Assembly (NCBI GenBank): GCA_951406725.2
Contig: OX597826.1
Span: forward strand, 35,092,001 to 35,156,000
Source of the DNA: Octopus vulgaris
Taxonomy: Eukaryota
DNA: 64,000 bases
Direction of reading: 5' to 3'
Position numbers and translations under genes: made by a program. Positions 27,375-42,546 of this stretch are shown here, piece after piece. Below the pieces are notes generated by a model, which saw only the letters and a program-made list of their open reading frames with translations, did no database searches and had not been told where the DNA came from. Within the stretch, counting starts at the first letter, position 1, and every line of letters starts with the position of its first letter.

Positions 27375-27555
27375 TGTACACACACACACACACGACGGCC
27401 TTCTGTCAATTTCTGTCTACGAAATCCTCTCACGAAGCTTTGGTCGACCCGAGGATTTAGTAGAAAACACTTACTGATGGTGTCACGCAATGGGACTGAA
27501 CCCGGAACAATGTGATTGAGAAGCAAGCTTCTTACCACACAGCCACTCTTGCGCA
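27375..27555 (-). mobile_element. SINE family B, 5' half
   Basis: Reverse complement GCGCAAGAGTGGCTGTGTGGTAAGAAGCTTGC..CCGGGTTCAGTCCCA. Confidence 0.8.
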
Positions 27556-28337
27556 TATGCTCACACACAAACATTATGTATCTGTATCTATGTATTAAGT
27601 CATGTGTAGCCACTCATACAACAGTCGCATAAAACACAACCAGAAATACACATTGCTTCGCATGCGCACACATAATAAACACCTCTTAGCCAACACACAA
27701 TCACATAAAGATCCTCACGCTCAAACATAAACGCGCATAGATACATCTGCCCTGATGATGCACAAAGGCATCTATAGGCATCGATCACCACCACTCAGTC
27801 ACCCAGACACATACACACACTCAGACAGAAACATATGAACACAGCTACACACACAGCTACATGTATTTTCAGGCACAAATGCAGAGAGAAATAGGTCTAC
27901 ATGCATGAGAAAGCAAAACGGCGCATACACCGACACACACATCTGCACATAGACGACTACCGTACACATAATACACACACCTTAGATCAAAAGCCTCCTA
28001 CACGTACGCCTTATATCATAATCAGTTTTATATTATTATTATAAACTCCCTAAATGAAGCCCATTCATCTAATAATCACTTTTTGAGTTTCCAGAACTAT
28101 CTGATCCCGACCATATGTTTGTAAATCCAAAAGTTGATTTGTTATGACTACTAATTAGAGTGAGTGCACTTTTAGCCTTGCGTGTGCCATACATTTTACA
28201 ATATAACTCTATATTTTCCCAGTGACATACATTACTCACACACGCCCACGTGCATACACACATATATATAATGTATATTCGTCTATATAGGTTTAAATTC
28301 ACATGTACACGCATACACTTGCACACTCATACACACA

Positions 28338-28443
<106 letters not shown>

Positions 28444-28454
28444 TAGATAGATAT

Positions 28455-28518
<64 letters not shown>

Positions 28519-30216
28519 GTAGATAGATAGATAGAGATAGATAGCTATCCATCTGTATTCATGTAGATTTTCTTATAAGCACACACATACACACACACAC
28601 ACACATCTAAATATCATAGGTTGTTATCTAACTCCGTGTACTTTACTACGTGAAGTAGTTACTGAATAAGTTGTTCAATATTAATTACAAATTCACAGTA
28701 ATGAGTATTATCAATTGTTATTGTGTTCCTAAAATTTTCGTTGTTAGCCGCTGCTTAAAATACTCTTTGGTAATATGAGATGTTGCTCTTGATTAACCAT
28801 TAGGCCTTCGGTGTGGGAAGATATGTCGATTAGAGCTCACTGCCTAAACTTCTTCACCTGTTTTCGATGTTTGCGATTACGACTAAAATTTTCTGTATAC
28901 CAAAAATTAATACAAGATTTCACTTTGCAAGACATACTTTTGACAAGCGTGTGTCGATAAAGTCTTGACGTAGACAGTCGTAGTTGTGAACGAATATTAT
29001 ATATCTACGTCTTTATGCATACAGAGATAAATGTATAAGGAAACATCTATAAGTAACATGTACGTATATATTTGTGTGCGTGATGAGTGCGAATGCTTGC
29101 ATGTCTCTAGGACTTCTTTCACTAAGATGAGGAGAGAACATACATCATATTCAATTCAATTTATTTAACGTTATTTGCCTTATTTCATTATTAACAATGG
29201 GATTTTATTTTATTATTTCAAGAAAGATGAAAGGTAATGTGTGCTAAATAATATAACAAGATAAACCTATGTATTATTTTATAAACCTGTTGAAATATAG
29301 CATGAATGTAAAGGAATAAAAAGATAAAAAGATATCATATAAAATTACATCGAATACTGATTTTAAATATATCTCCTTTATCAGAGGCAGCAATACATTG
29401 TCATTCAAACATGAGAGTTAAGTTATATCGCAAGGCAACCAATGATATCTAAAACATTTGCAACACTTTTTTCTACCATTGTCACTCATCGAGTTTTGTT
29501 TCCTTCGATGAAATTTTGCTGAATATACTTGTGATATACTGCCTAATGTGTGTTGGTCTGAGTGTGGGAAGCAAGAGACCAGCCAAGGAATAAGACTTTA
29601 ATCCAGTTTAGTATTTGAAAGGGGAAAATTTTTTCTACCCCAGTAACTATAGTATTGAGAAACAGCATGCCTACCACCACAAGCCGTTTCCATTAAATAA
29701 TCTAGTAAGAATCTTTTCCATCCCACTGCGATCATCCGGTGAGAAATATTGAAATTCACGTGAAGGGTATTTTTTCTCATCTACACACACACACACACAC
29801 ACACAGCATATTTCTGTCTATATTTCATTATTCCAAAAGCAATCAAGTATTAAATTGAAGGAGGATTCATTGGCTATCAGTTAAGTAACAGCTTTAGTAT
29901 ACTTCTACGACGGAATTTAAGGAGCTACTTACAAGTACCGTCAGCATTTTCCTCTTTAAAAATGCATATACACATTACGACACACACATTCATACAGACA
30001 CGTACAATTTTGTTTTTCTTCTCACACACAACGTGCTACTAATGCATCTGTTCTTACTGCCGATACTGCTTCAATGCCAATAGATTTTGAGACGAGTTTT
30101 CTCAGCCAAAATACAAGGCATTATTAAAACATCTCTAAGACAATACTTAGGTACTCTATTTTTAATTTAATATTTATCAATTTTTTTCTTTTTGTTGCAT
30201 TGAAGTTTTGCAATGA

Positions 30217-30435
30217 ACGAGGGGATGCTGAAAAGTTTCTGGCTTTAAGGGTATCACAAAAGTCCTAGCTGAAGGTCTCGGAGGTTTTTTTTTTTACAGA
30301 GTTAGAAAAACTGAAGGACCGCTGCAATAGGTTTGTGAATCTGAGAGGGAAATATGTCAAATAAAATCATAATTAACTGAACCTCGTGTATTTTCTTTTA
30401 CCCAAAGCCAGGAGCATTTTTACGCCCACTTCGTA
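30217..30435 (+). mobile_element. mariner-derived MITE, copy 2, both TIRs visible
   Basis: ACGAGGGGATGCTGAAAAGTTTCTGGCTTT at the left end and AAAGCCAGGAGCATTTTTACGCCCACTTCGTA at the right end. Confidence 0.8.
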
Positions 30436-31816
30436 TGTATATATGCATGTATGTATATATGCATGTATGTATGTATGTATGTATGTATGTATGTATGCAT
30501 GTATGTATTTATGTATGCATCCATCTCTTTTTCTTTCCTCAGCTGTCCTTTTTCAAGAAGCGGATAGGTTCGAAATCTTAAAGACTTTTAAAATTTTTCC
30601 TGAGTGTCACGACAGAAAACGGGAAATGGTTTGATAATAAATGAAACTATTTACTTTTGATGCTTATCTTAGATGAAGTACAGAAATACTCTAATACCTT
30701 GCATCTAGAACCAGTCAACTTTTAATTTTAATTTTCAGTTTTACTTTATTCATGTTAGAAATCATACAACCTAACTTTTGTTCAATGTTTAAAGTGTTTG
30801 AATCCACTGAAATTTGTCTACTATTTCGAACAGTTCGTCTCACCTCATAGTATCTCTAAAGTGCAAATATGTAGTTGCATTGAAGCATTAAATAAGCAAG
30901 TGACAAAAGAGTAATTAATATACGTCTTCACAAAATGGCTTCTGGGATTATCAGCAAAGTTTTTCTTGTTTGAGTAATGTAACAGAAGTCAGTCAAATTG
31001 TTGGTTGCACAGTCTAGCTAAGCTATTCACTCTGACCATAAATCAGAAATTGAGTGACTGAACGAAGTAAAACCACTCAACTGTAAATAAAACTTCAATT
31101 ATATATTTGTCTTGTCAATGACTAATCACCATTTTACACAATATTTGTAAAATAATTAGACACAGGTTTTCTTTTGTTCCTATCACTGACGTTTCTGATA
31201 ATGCTGCTGCCATCCATAATACTTAGGCATTATCTCAATATTTCCAAAGTTTTATCTTCAATATTGCTTTAAAATTTGCTTTAAAAATCAATATTTACGA
31301 TAGAATTTCAATCTTAAGATATTGGTTTTTAGGTCAAAGTTGAAATTAAATTGAAAATTCATGCAAATTATCAACATCATGTTAATTAAAGAATTATGTT
31401 GTGTAGAAATATATTTACTTGTTTTTATGATATTCAGTTCATAGACTTAATCTAATTTTATGCATTTTGTGAGAATATACCAATTATTTCCAGAATCTTA
31501 TCTATTGTCACTGTGTAAATATTCCATAAGAAATGGTAAATCGCAAAAATATTTTCACAGTATATTTATTTCCAGCTCACCGCTTCATTATTCCTAAGTA
31601 ATTATTCTTTTCTACATCATTAGTTTTCAGTCATGTCATTCTGCCTGTTAAAAGGAAGTGTCTTCTTTAAACTACAAGAATATCAATATTTGCTTTCTTT
31701 CCTAATGCCTCTTTATGAACGCATGCAGGTATTCGTGGAAATACATATATATTATAGGTGTATATGTATATAAGTGGGGAGTGTATTTAGCGTGTGTGTG
31801 TGTATATATATATATA

Positions 31817-31874
<58 letters not shown>

Positions 31875-32417
31875 AGTGTGTACGTACATTCGTTTATGTT
31901 GGTCGAATGAATAATGAGAACTCGGTACATGTTGTAGAGAATAGATCTGTTTGTACTGAAATTGACTTGTCTAGCGATTTCAGTTTCACCCCAGGCACGC
32001 AACTACAGTTGTCTATCTATCTATCTATCCACCCACCTACCCACATACATACATAAGCAAAACATACAAATCTGCACATATACGTGCATACATGCAAACA
32101 AAAATATCCGTAATGATAACAATAAATACCTTGATGCAGTACCAGGCAGTTGCTCCCACGGCTTCTGATCTTAACTGATTGGAAGTGTTATCATGTACAT
32201 TGTTTTGTCTTGGTATAAAAGATGGGCTACAGCAAATATTCTGCTCAATACCAAATCTTTGTCAGTTGTTTGACCTTAACCATGTTTTAATGATTTAGCC
32301 GTATTTCGCCCGTCGCTCCTATCTGAGGTGAAATTCCGTGGAGATCCACTTAGCCTTTTATCCTTTCGGAGTCGATGCAATCGACTAACAACCTCCCCCA
32401 AAACTGTTACCCTTGTA

Positions 32418-32495
<78 letters not shown>

Positions 32496-32558
32496 GAATA
32501 TATATATATATATAGAATATATATATATATATAGAATATATATATATATATAGAATAT

Positions 32559-32597
<39 letters not shown>

Positions 32598-32630
32598 ATA
32601 TATATATATATAGAATATATAGAATATAGA

Positions 32631-32670
<40 letters not shown>

Positions 32671-33038
32671 ATTGGTTTATTTATTTATTTCTATATATAC
32701 ATTTATGTGTATATGTACGTATGTATATATGCACATCACACACATATATGCATACACACACACACACATATATATATCAACTTAACGACATATATTCTAC
32801 ACTGGAGCTAATATTCGCAAAAAGCAGTGGTATCTGGAAATATTAATATGTTCAAATAAATGTCAGTGTAGGCCAATATTAATACGTCTTATTTAATGTA
32901 AAATTTAGTGTGTAAATTTAAATCCTGGGGTATTCATAAACCCAGCAGCTAATATATTGGTTTCAAAGTAGTTCTCTCCAAGTACACTTTAAACTCTTGC
33001 ATGATTTACAGTTCAGAGTTGTGAATAATCGAAAATGA

Positions 33039-33090
<52 letters not shown>

Positions 33091-34799
33091 TGAAATATAT
33101 ATATATGTAGATATAGATAGATTGATGGAAAAATTCATGCATACACCATACATACGTTCATACATGCATACATATATACCCCCCCCCACATACACACACA
33201 CGCACACATGTATATATGTTTGTTTGCATAAATGTTGATTCTGTCGTACTTGGATATATGCACGTATGCTCATGTATGCGTACGCTTATGTTTCATTTCA
33301 GTTTAAATTTGTTCAACGGGAGTTTATGTCAACATGGACTCCTCTTGTTATTTCATGATGTTTCTCAGTTTTAATAAAACTAGATATATATTTTCACTTT
33401 AAAAAATCATGATGCAATAGATTGAATATAATGTTATATATATTTTCTATTTCTGCTATAGAAATGCATTAAATTGTTCATAGCTACATTTAGGAATTGT
33501 TTTCCTGTTTTATTTTTCTAGTAAAAAGAAATGTATTGAAGGAAAAAAAAAAGTTACATCTTACTAACAATTACACATAGCCACACACATAGAGCTATTT
33601 ACATATATGTTTATATATGTGTGTATGTGTATGTGAGTGTGTGTACTTGTCTGTTTGCATGTGTGTGCATGTTTATATAAAGTATTATTTGGTATTTCTT
33701 TATTATATAAAGTATTATTTGGGTTATTCCAGTTTGCACAGGAATGTATTGACACGAGCTTATACAAAAAAAAAAATGCGCATAATAAAAACAGAATACA
33801 TGTGATGTAAGTTTTAACGGCAAGTTCCATGTGTATAGTTTCAAATCCCGCTACAACCAACGTGATATATGCCATATAGTATTTTGTGTATCATTCTGCT
33901 TGAGTTTAGTGATTTTCATTACCATTTTGTATTTGCTTAGTTCTCATTACCAACCAATATATTTACTTAGTTCTATGAAAGATGTCTGAAGTATCAATAT
34001 AGAATGGATTATATCTTGTTGCTTAACATTGAAAAAATAACGAGTCAATTTCCTATGAATAACTTCCTACATCTCATGTAATCGAAAGACATTGAATAGT
34101 GCAGTTAGGATGAACATTGAACAATGTCATAATGTACTGCAAAGAAAACCATTCTATCTTATTAAAACAATAATTGCCTTATGAAATATGTCTTTCTTTA
34201 ATAGTAATTTCTACGTAGATCAAGGGACTATATGAAGATTGAGACTTTGGTTTGCTGTGCTCGTCGCTCAAGGAATATAGAAGATATCAAATTATTTTGT
34301 TATTTACTTAACATACCAATCCATTTCATATTTTCACCTGCTTGTACAGAATAAACTTCTAATATTAAATACACACAGTAAATTCAATGAATATATCATA
34401 TTGCTTTTACCCCTGCAAAATTCCAGTAAAAAACATGTCTTCTCAACATGCGTTAGTTAAAACTAGTTATGTTCATACAATATTATTTTTGAGAGAAAAG
34501 AAGGATGTGATGGATTGCTTTTATTTCCTTAAACTGGGATTTCAACAGCAACGAGTAGCTTCTTGTCAAAGGAAATATTTTTATATATAACCAATATTAA
34601 AAGCAGTCGATTGTATAAACTGATTTGCACTTTTACGCGATCATTCAAAATCTCAGAATTAACGGTCAGAGTTTTCTGAAACCACGATACATAGTCTAAT
34701 GCACATACACACACGTATATATATATATAGAGAGAGAGAGAAAGATATAGATACATGTATAAACATATGCATACATATATATCATACACACACACACAC

Positions 34800-34865
<66 letters not shown>

Positions 34866-34868
<3 letters not shown>

Positions 34869-35055
34869 AGATTTTACGAAAAAACAACAAAAGACGAAGA
34901 CAGGTGGTGTACAAAACAAACAGATGTATTAGTATAACGCTCAGGAATAGAAGAAGTCTTTTACGTTTCGAGCCTACGCTCTTCTACAGAAAGGGACACA
35001 GAAAACAAGAAGTTAAACAAGGAGAGAAAAAAATGTGTGTAGTGGCTTGGTCCCA
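34866..35055 (-). mobile_element. PLE pseudo-LTR-like fragment with a hammerhead-like motif (34958-34993), ending in (TA)n
   Basis: CUUU-CUGUAGA-a-GAGC(guag)GCUC-GAAA-cg-UA-AAAG. Related to 63040-63180 and 63200-63395. Confidence 0.6.
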
Positions 35056-35688
35056 TCTGGAATAGTTTTAACTGATTCACACTAAACAGCAGCTCAGCAA
35101 AACGATATCCATAACAAAATTCGTGTAGGTGTATAGTTATACAAGCGTATATATTCGTATCAAAATTTGAATGAATGTGCCTATGTACACACAGAGAATC
35201 AAAGATAAGCGCACACATCTTAATCTGAATAATTTTGTAGCTTAGTATATGTCAACATTTGTGTAACGCCTTGAAGACGTGTTGCACAATTTATGCGAGT
35301 GTAGTGTAACAAATTCTAATTAATTTGGTAGAATTATTTGCCTTCTTCATTCCTGATTAAATATCACAGCAATGAATAGTTTTGCATTATAATTACTTCA
35401 AAATTACACCTCCAATTAAAGGACAATTATCAGAGTGAGTCAAAATGTTTAGATTTAATGCCAATACTTGCTTAGAGCATGAGTTTAATCCCTGTCAAGA
35501 AACCCTATAGTTATTTCATAGAAATCCTCATATCGCTTTGCAATAGGAAGGGTAGCATGCACAGATTTTTATAAATATGACAAGTTCTCAAAAGTGATAG
35601 AAATATACAGACCATTTGTAATATAGTTAAGTTCTTCTGACATTGATGGCCACAAAGAGATCTGTATTCAGCATTAAAACTTAACTCC

Positions 35689-35807
35689 CATAACATGGCA
35701 GTCCTGCTTTAGGACGAATGTTACAGTAATTTAACCCCAGGAGACATTTGTCTCCAACTGACTATACGACACGATCTGTGTTCTTATATTTTCGAACAAG
35801 GGAATCT
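35689..35807 (+). repeat. structured interspersed repeat family P, copy 1
   Basis: CATAACATGGCAGTCCTG..TTTAGGACGAATGTT..GACACGATCTGTGT..TTCGAACAAGGGAATC, shared with the copies at 39181 and 55466. Confidence 0.85.
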
Positions 35808-36227
35808 AGCACCGCCACTCAGCTCAAAACAGTATCTATGTATCGCAATTTAAGAGTTATTTCCCTTCATCAGCACAGAATAATTGTGCGGCTAGAGGTG
35901 GCGTTGCCAAACTCGCTTTGTCGCACTTTATATTTTATCATCACTTTCCACGGATATATTATTGGTTCGTAAGAAAATAAAATTTCAATCCAGATTGTTT
36001 GACGCCAAGTCAAAGAGCCTGCCTCATATTTAAAATACATAAAATGACGGTCTTATGTTTTACGATCAGAATAGGATACATCCACAATAGATACAAAATG
36101 ACCGTGATCTGTACTTTTAATCGAACACTACATTCCACTGATTTAGAACTTATTCCGTTTGCACTTTTCGCATAGCTAAACATACATCATTTTCCATAGC
36201 AAAATATCTTCTTTAATAGAATACCTA

Positions 36228-36652
36228 GGCGCATGAGTAGCTGTGAGGTAAGTAGCCTGTTTACCAACAACATGGTTCTGGGTTCAGTCCCACTACGTGT
36301 CCCCTTGGGCAAGTGTCTTCTACTATAGCTTCGGGCCGACCAAAGCCTTGTGAGTGGATTTAGTAGACGGAAACTGAAAGAAGCTTGTCGTATATAAAGA
36401 TGAATATATAAATATATATATAAATATATATATATATGTGTATGTGTTTGTGTGTCTGTGTTTGTCCCCTCGACATCGCTTGGGCAACCGATGCTGATGT
36501 GTTTACGTCCCCGTAACTTAGCGGTCCGGCAAAAAAACCGATAGAATAAGTACTAGGCTTACAAAGAATAAGTCCTGGGGTCGATTTGTTCGACTAAAAG
36601 GTGGTGCTCCAGCATAATCGCAGTCAAATGACTGAAACAAGTAAAAAGAAAG
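36228..36652 (+). mobile_element. tRNA-derived SINE family B, full length
   Basis: tRNA-like head with A/B boxes, a CCTTGGGCAAGTGTCTT central segment, an internal (TA)/(TG) tract and a GGTGCTCCAGCAT..TGACTGAAACAAGTAAAA tail. Confidence 0.9.
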
Positions 36653-37221
36653 TAGACTATATGCTAGAGTTCACCACATCTCTTCATATACTTGAATATA
36701 GCTTCCTATGATAAATGCCTATAAGTATTTAAATATTCTGTACCATACAGGAGGAGTTAACGCCAATATATATAGTGCGATTTTCTTTCACCTGTTAGCT
36801 AAATATTCAGTTTGTGTACTTTTAAAGTAAATACTATACTGAAAAAGATTTTAATAAGCGAGATTGTATACGATAAACTCTGGTACAAAATGTAGCAATT
36901 TGCATACAAGAGTGATCGAGGTTTTCCATATTATAACATTCTTATCCTCTTCAGTGCTGTGAAAAGAAACACATTTACTGCAAATATTGATCAGCAGGAT
37001 ATAGTTTTACAACTTACGTTAATAGACAAGAAATAATGTGATGCTGTTTACTAGAATGTGATATTATAGTTACTTGATGTCAGAATATCTACACATATAT
37101 ATAAGAGTTTATAAGAAATACGATACCTTATAAGTAACACACGCATATGTATACACACACACACATATATGCGCGTGTAAAGGTGTATATATTTATATAT
37201 GTATATATACATATTAAATGA

Positions 37222-37278
<57 letters not shown>

Positions 37279-37689
37279 TTACTGGAAAATAGCAATCGAT
37301 GTAAATACGACGCTATTGTATAGCTTTACTGCGTATTTACTAGCAAAGACGTGTGTGTTCAACAAACATGAAAAATTTGTCTTACCTCTAAGAAGAACAT
37401 TCGATAAATGGACAACCTAGAATCGGATACTGCAAATACGTTTGACAACGTAAATTTGACCAGTCTTCATCAGCTGCATTTACCTAGACAATATTTCAAA
37501 TGTTGCCACATCAATGCTAGTACACTCGCCTGAACGCCTATCCGTTAACAGAACGGGAACAGTGAAAGAGTTTTCAATGAAAATAATAATGTAATACAAA
37601 AGTATTACTTTCCAGTAAAATAAAGTCCCATAAGGGTAGAATTATACATATAACAATATATAAGAGGTACAACAAGGCACAGATATTTA

Positions 37690-38317
37690 CTATTTACAGC
37701 AGTGATTGGAAGGAACGTGTGTAGCATGTCATCGTCACACTCTAACAGAGTTTTCATCATTCTCAACACACTCAAGGAGATCTTGTGCAAATGAATCCCG
37801 AGTGTCTTCTTGGTCAGCTGAAAGCAGTTTGCGCACAAACTTGGCAGGCACGTCTCATACCCAAATCTTCAGTGATAATGGACTGCACTGAACAGTAACT
37901 AATCTACACATCCTCTGATATCTCACGAATAGTCAGTCGACGATTTCCCCTCACAGCTGCATGCACATCTGTGATGATTTGCTTAGTTCAACTGGTTGCA
38001 GGTTTCCTAGAACGTTTGTCAACATTGACATTTTTTCGACCATCTTGGAAACGTCTGAAACAATCGTACGTTTGTGTATGGCTCATACACCTCTCTCCAT
38101 ACACTTTTTGCAACTCTGTGTCGGCCTCTGAGCAGTTATCCCCATGACCACTTTCTCTTTAATGGTCAATGAGACGATCACACGTTCCTTCCAAGCACTG
38201 CTGTAAACGACGTGCCCATGCACAGCAGTGGTAAATGTCAATTTTTGCAGAGTAGCTTCATTCTTCATGCTTTAGCTTCATTACTATGGCAACAGTCCTG
38301 ATACTTATTAATCAGAC

Positions 38318-38323
<6 letters not shown>
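37690..38323 (-). mobile_element. 5' half of a decayed mariner element
   Basis: TIR-like TACGAGGTCTGATTAATAAGTATCAGGACTG. The translation LQKVYGERCMSHTQTYDCFRRFQDGRKNVNVDKRS...AKFVRKLLSADQ matches the mariner HTH and linker. Confidence 0.75.
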
Positions 38324-38360
<37 letters not shown>

Positions 38361-38935
38361 CTATATAATATATATATACATATATATACACTGTTATTAT
38401 TTCTATATCAGAAAGTTAAACAAAATTTAGCCTTTTGATTTTATTTTACAAACGAATCGTGTTTGTACTTACGTTTTGGTAGAGACTAAAGCCAAAAGCA
38501 GATACAAATAACAGTCTTGGAAAAGCAAACAAAAAGCAAAACAAAATATCATTGGAAAATTTTGACCTGACGAACTTAGGTAAAATGATTTCGCTATCAA
38601 ACACGTTACAATAAAATTCTACAAGATCTTATTTCTTTTCTATTTATACCATTTATCTTTAATTCCTGGAATATTCTGAACAAAAGACTTTAAAAGAAAA
38701 TTAGTTGGAATAAATTGAATATTTAAAAGCACCTAATGTTAGTTGGTGCATTTTCCCCCTTTGTTTTTAGACCTGAATAAAGAAACACACCACTTGATCG
38801 ATATCGCTTTTCCCTTAAACTACAGTACATAATTGATTTTTTGCAACTTCTCGTGTCTGTATGACTATATATAATGTATATATGTGTGTGTCTGTGTGTG
38901 TGTCTGTGTGTGTGTGTGTGCGCGCACGTATGTAT

Positions 38936-38970
<35 letters not shown>

Positions 38971-38994
38971 GAGATAGATATATAGATAGATACA

Positions 38995-39025
<31 letters not shown>

Positions 39026-39180
39026 GGACTGATAAATAGATACACAGATAGATATGTATAGATTCCATCGATATATGCTATAGTTTCGCCAAGAATTTGT
39101 GTTCGCAAGAGCAATATCCACAAAACTGGATGAGTACTGACATAGCAATAGTCATTTAAATAGCAATGAACGACTATTGA

Positions 39181-39381
39181 TAGAAAATTACTATTTTTTA
39201 AATCTCACAACGAGAGATATTCAGCAACAGTACTTTGGAGTAAAGATTGTTTACCAACATAACATGGCAGTCCTGGTTTAGGATTCCCTTGTTCGAATAT
39301 ATAAGGACACAGATTGTGTCGTATAGCCAGATGGAGACGATGTCTCCTGGGGCTAAATTACTGTAACATTCGTCTTAAACT
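39181..39381. repeat. repeat family P, copy 2, distal part inverted
   Basis: 39181-39283 is colinear with the reverse complement of 55630-55730; 39284-39381 is the distal segment in the opposite orientation. Confidence 0.85.
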
Positions 39382-40502
39382 TGGCAAACAATATTAATAA
39401 TTGATAGCTTATGTAATTGTTTTGCAAAATTCTTGATGTGAAAGCGTATGTTGAAATAGTTACTGATAGATCTTGTGCGTGCTTTTATTGGCATACAAAA
39501 ACAAAAAAAAAAAAGAAAATGACCATCCCCAAATATAACAATAATAACAATTTAATCTATATTTAAAGGAACAATAATTCTCTCGGACAACGAATGGAGT
39601 CCATGAACTTATGATTGGCGGATAATCGCCCAAGACACCGGGCCATACTTAAACACATTCATGCAACGAGACACACAGATCAACACAAATGGGCACGCAC
39701 TCACTCACTCACACACACACACACACACACGCACGGGCACACACATACATGCATACTTACATAAACAGGTGGATACATACAAGTGTATGAGCATTTATTA
39801 GCTATCTGTTAAGTAACATAGTATACATTTACAATGACATTTCGAGTGTTACAAGTAATGTCAGCATTTTCCTCTTAAAAATCCATACGCATATACCAAA
39901 ACACAAACACGCACGCACACCTACACACACACGTACACCCCGTGGCACTAATACTTCTCTTTATATTGCTCATACTGCTACCACAGCTGACACTATTATT
40001 ATGGCAATAGATTTTGAGACGTGTCATCTTACTCGAAATGTAAGGGATTATTAAATCATCTCCAAGACAACACTTAGATACCTTATTGTTAGTTTAATAT
40101 TTATGCATTCTTTTGCATTGACAGAAGTTTTGCAATATGTATGTATTATGTGTATATGTTTGTATATGTATGTGTGTGTATGTATCTATATTTGTTCACT
40201 CCTCAGTTGTCCTTCTGTTGTAGAAACGAGTAGGCTCAAAATATTATAGACTCCTCCCATTTTTGGTGAGTGTCAAAACAGAATTTGAGAAGTTCTGAGA
40301 TCAACTCTCTCTACCGGTGGCTAGTCACTCTTTTTGACTTATAAAGGTAGTTTTTATCCTATTTTCTAAACCGTTTCTACAGCTATTCTACTTTCTAGAT
40401 TTTCTTCATTTCTAAATTTATATATACACTCATTCATATAAACACTCGCTCGATGTGTTTATAGGAATGAATTAATATATGTATGTACAAACACACACAC
40501 TA

Positions 40503-40863
40503 CGGAACCCAGTTAGTTATGACGACGAGGGTTCCAGTTGATTCAATCAACAGAACATCGTGCTCGTGAAATTAACGTGCAAGTGGCTGAGCACTCCACA
40601 GAAACGTGTACCCTTAAAGTAGTTCTCGAGGAGATTCAGCGTGACACAGAGTGTGACAAGGCTGGCCCTGTGAGACATAGGTACAACAAGAAGAAAGAGT
40701 GAGAGAAAGTTGTGACGAAAGAATACAGCAGGGTTCGCCCCCCCCCTCTGCCGGATCCTCGTGGAGCTTTAGCTGTTAAGCACTTACAACGCCCGGTCTG
40801 GGAATCGAAACCACGATCCTAAGACCGTGAATCCTCTGCTTTAACCACTGGGCCATTGTACTC
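40503..40863 (-). mobile_element. tRNA-derived SINE family C
   Basis: Reverse complement has an A box (TGGCCCAGTGG) and a B box (GTTTCGATTCC), followed by a ~290-nt body; bounded by microsatellite. Confidence 0.7.
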
Positions 40864-40894
40864 CACACGCACACACACACACAGACACACACAT

Positions 40895-40981
<87 letters not shown>

Positions 40982-42089
40982 AATACTGAAGTGCGTTGGT
41001 GGAGAAAAGAGCAGACGGGTTCTTTTCATACCGAAACTCCGTTCTTCATGACAACAACGTTAGCAAGAGTGGTCATTATTTCAACAGATGAAACATTCAC
41101 AATGATTAATTACATGCAAATTATCCACAGATGAGCATTGGTAATTAGGTGTCATGTAAATTACTGAAATATTTTGATTAAAATATGCAAATTAACTCAT
41201 ACTCTTCTTCCTCAACATTCTCATTACTTCTTCGTCATTAAGCCATCATTATCATTGCAATCAACTTCATCAATCCTTTTTTGTCTTCACATTATTTAAA
41301 TGATGATGTTTGCCATGGTTCTATACCATCTCCTTAAATGTGTGTCTCCTCCGGATATGTTTCCAGACCACATTCTTTCCGTATCTGCTGCGAACTCTGC
41401 TTCGCTGCCGGTACTTTAAAACCCCCAAAATTAATTATGCTAAAATTATTATCATCAATATTACCTGTGGAATTAGAAAAAAGTATTTAAGCATCTTTTT
41501 ATATTTTATGAAAGAATAATCGTACAAAACCATTTTATACCTGTATATTCGAGATTAGAATCCACCGTATTTATCCTTCGGTCAGGACTTCTAAGATAAT
41601 TGCCCAACATATAACTCAAGACGTAGATGTGGCTGGCTAGTTAAGATGTTTGTGAAAAAGATTTTGTAATTTCGATCGCACCGCTTATCATCTTGGGTAT
41701 ATTTTGAAATAGTTTCGGACAACACTTGCCTCCAAAGTATAATCAAATAAACAGAAACTATCTGCAAAATACTCAGATGGCTCATACTTGTATTAGAATG
41801 ATGATTTTTTCCCCTGAGAATTATGTTAAAAATGGCGGTCTCGGTAAAATTACCTCTCACATTCAACGAGTAAATAGTTCCTGTTGGTCGAACAACTAGA
41901 AATGTTATTGTCGCGATAAATGGGAGCTCATTTTAATTTACGATTAAATTTGATGTTCATTTTCTTTTATTCCTTAACGTGGTTCAGTCGTTTGACTGCA
42001 GCTGTGCTGGAGTGCCGCCTTGAAGGATTTTAGTCGACCCCGGAACGTATTGTTTCAAGATTAGAATAAAATTGATTATAGTATCGGTT

Positions 42090-42300
42090 TCGAATATTGC
42101 CACGAGGCGCGCAATTTCGGGCCAGATGATAAATCGATTACATCGACCCCAGCACTCACCTGGTACTTTACGAACCCTGAAACAATGAAAGGCAAAGTCG
42201 ACCTCGATGGAATTCGAACTCAGACCGTAAAGAATTGCCAAATGTTGCTAACCATTTTGCCCGGCGTGCTTACTATTCTACCAGATCGAACAATAGTTTT
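42090..42300 (-). mobile_element. SINE family A, diverged
   Basis: AAGCACGCCGGGCAAAATGGTTAGC..TCTGAGTTCGAATTCC..GTCGACTTTGCCTTTCAT on the minus strand. Confidence 0.75.
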
Positions 42301-42546
42301 GGATCGAGGGAGAAGGGCAGCAGTTTCGAGAGGAGCGGACACTTTGATGATAAAATTGACTCCGGCATTTGTAGTTTATCGACCACCAAACAAAATGGTC
42401 CAGTGGTGAATTCAGGACGTAAAGAGCCAAACCTCATGCCGTAATGGCACTTTCATCGCTATAAAGGGGAATTTTGCAAACAGATTGTGACATATTAGTC
42501 GACGTATTGGTCACACGCGCGCGCCATTTCATAGTTTTATACATCA

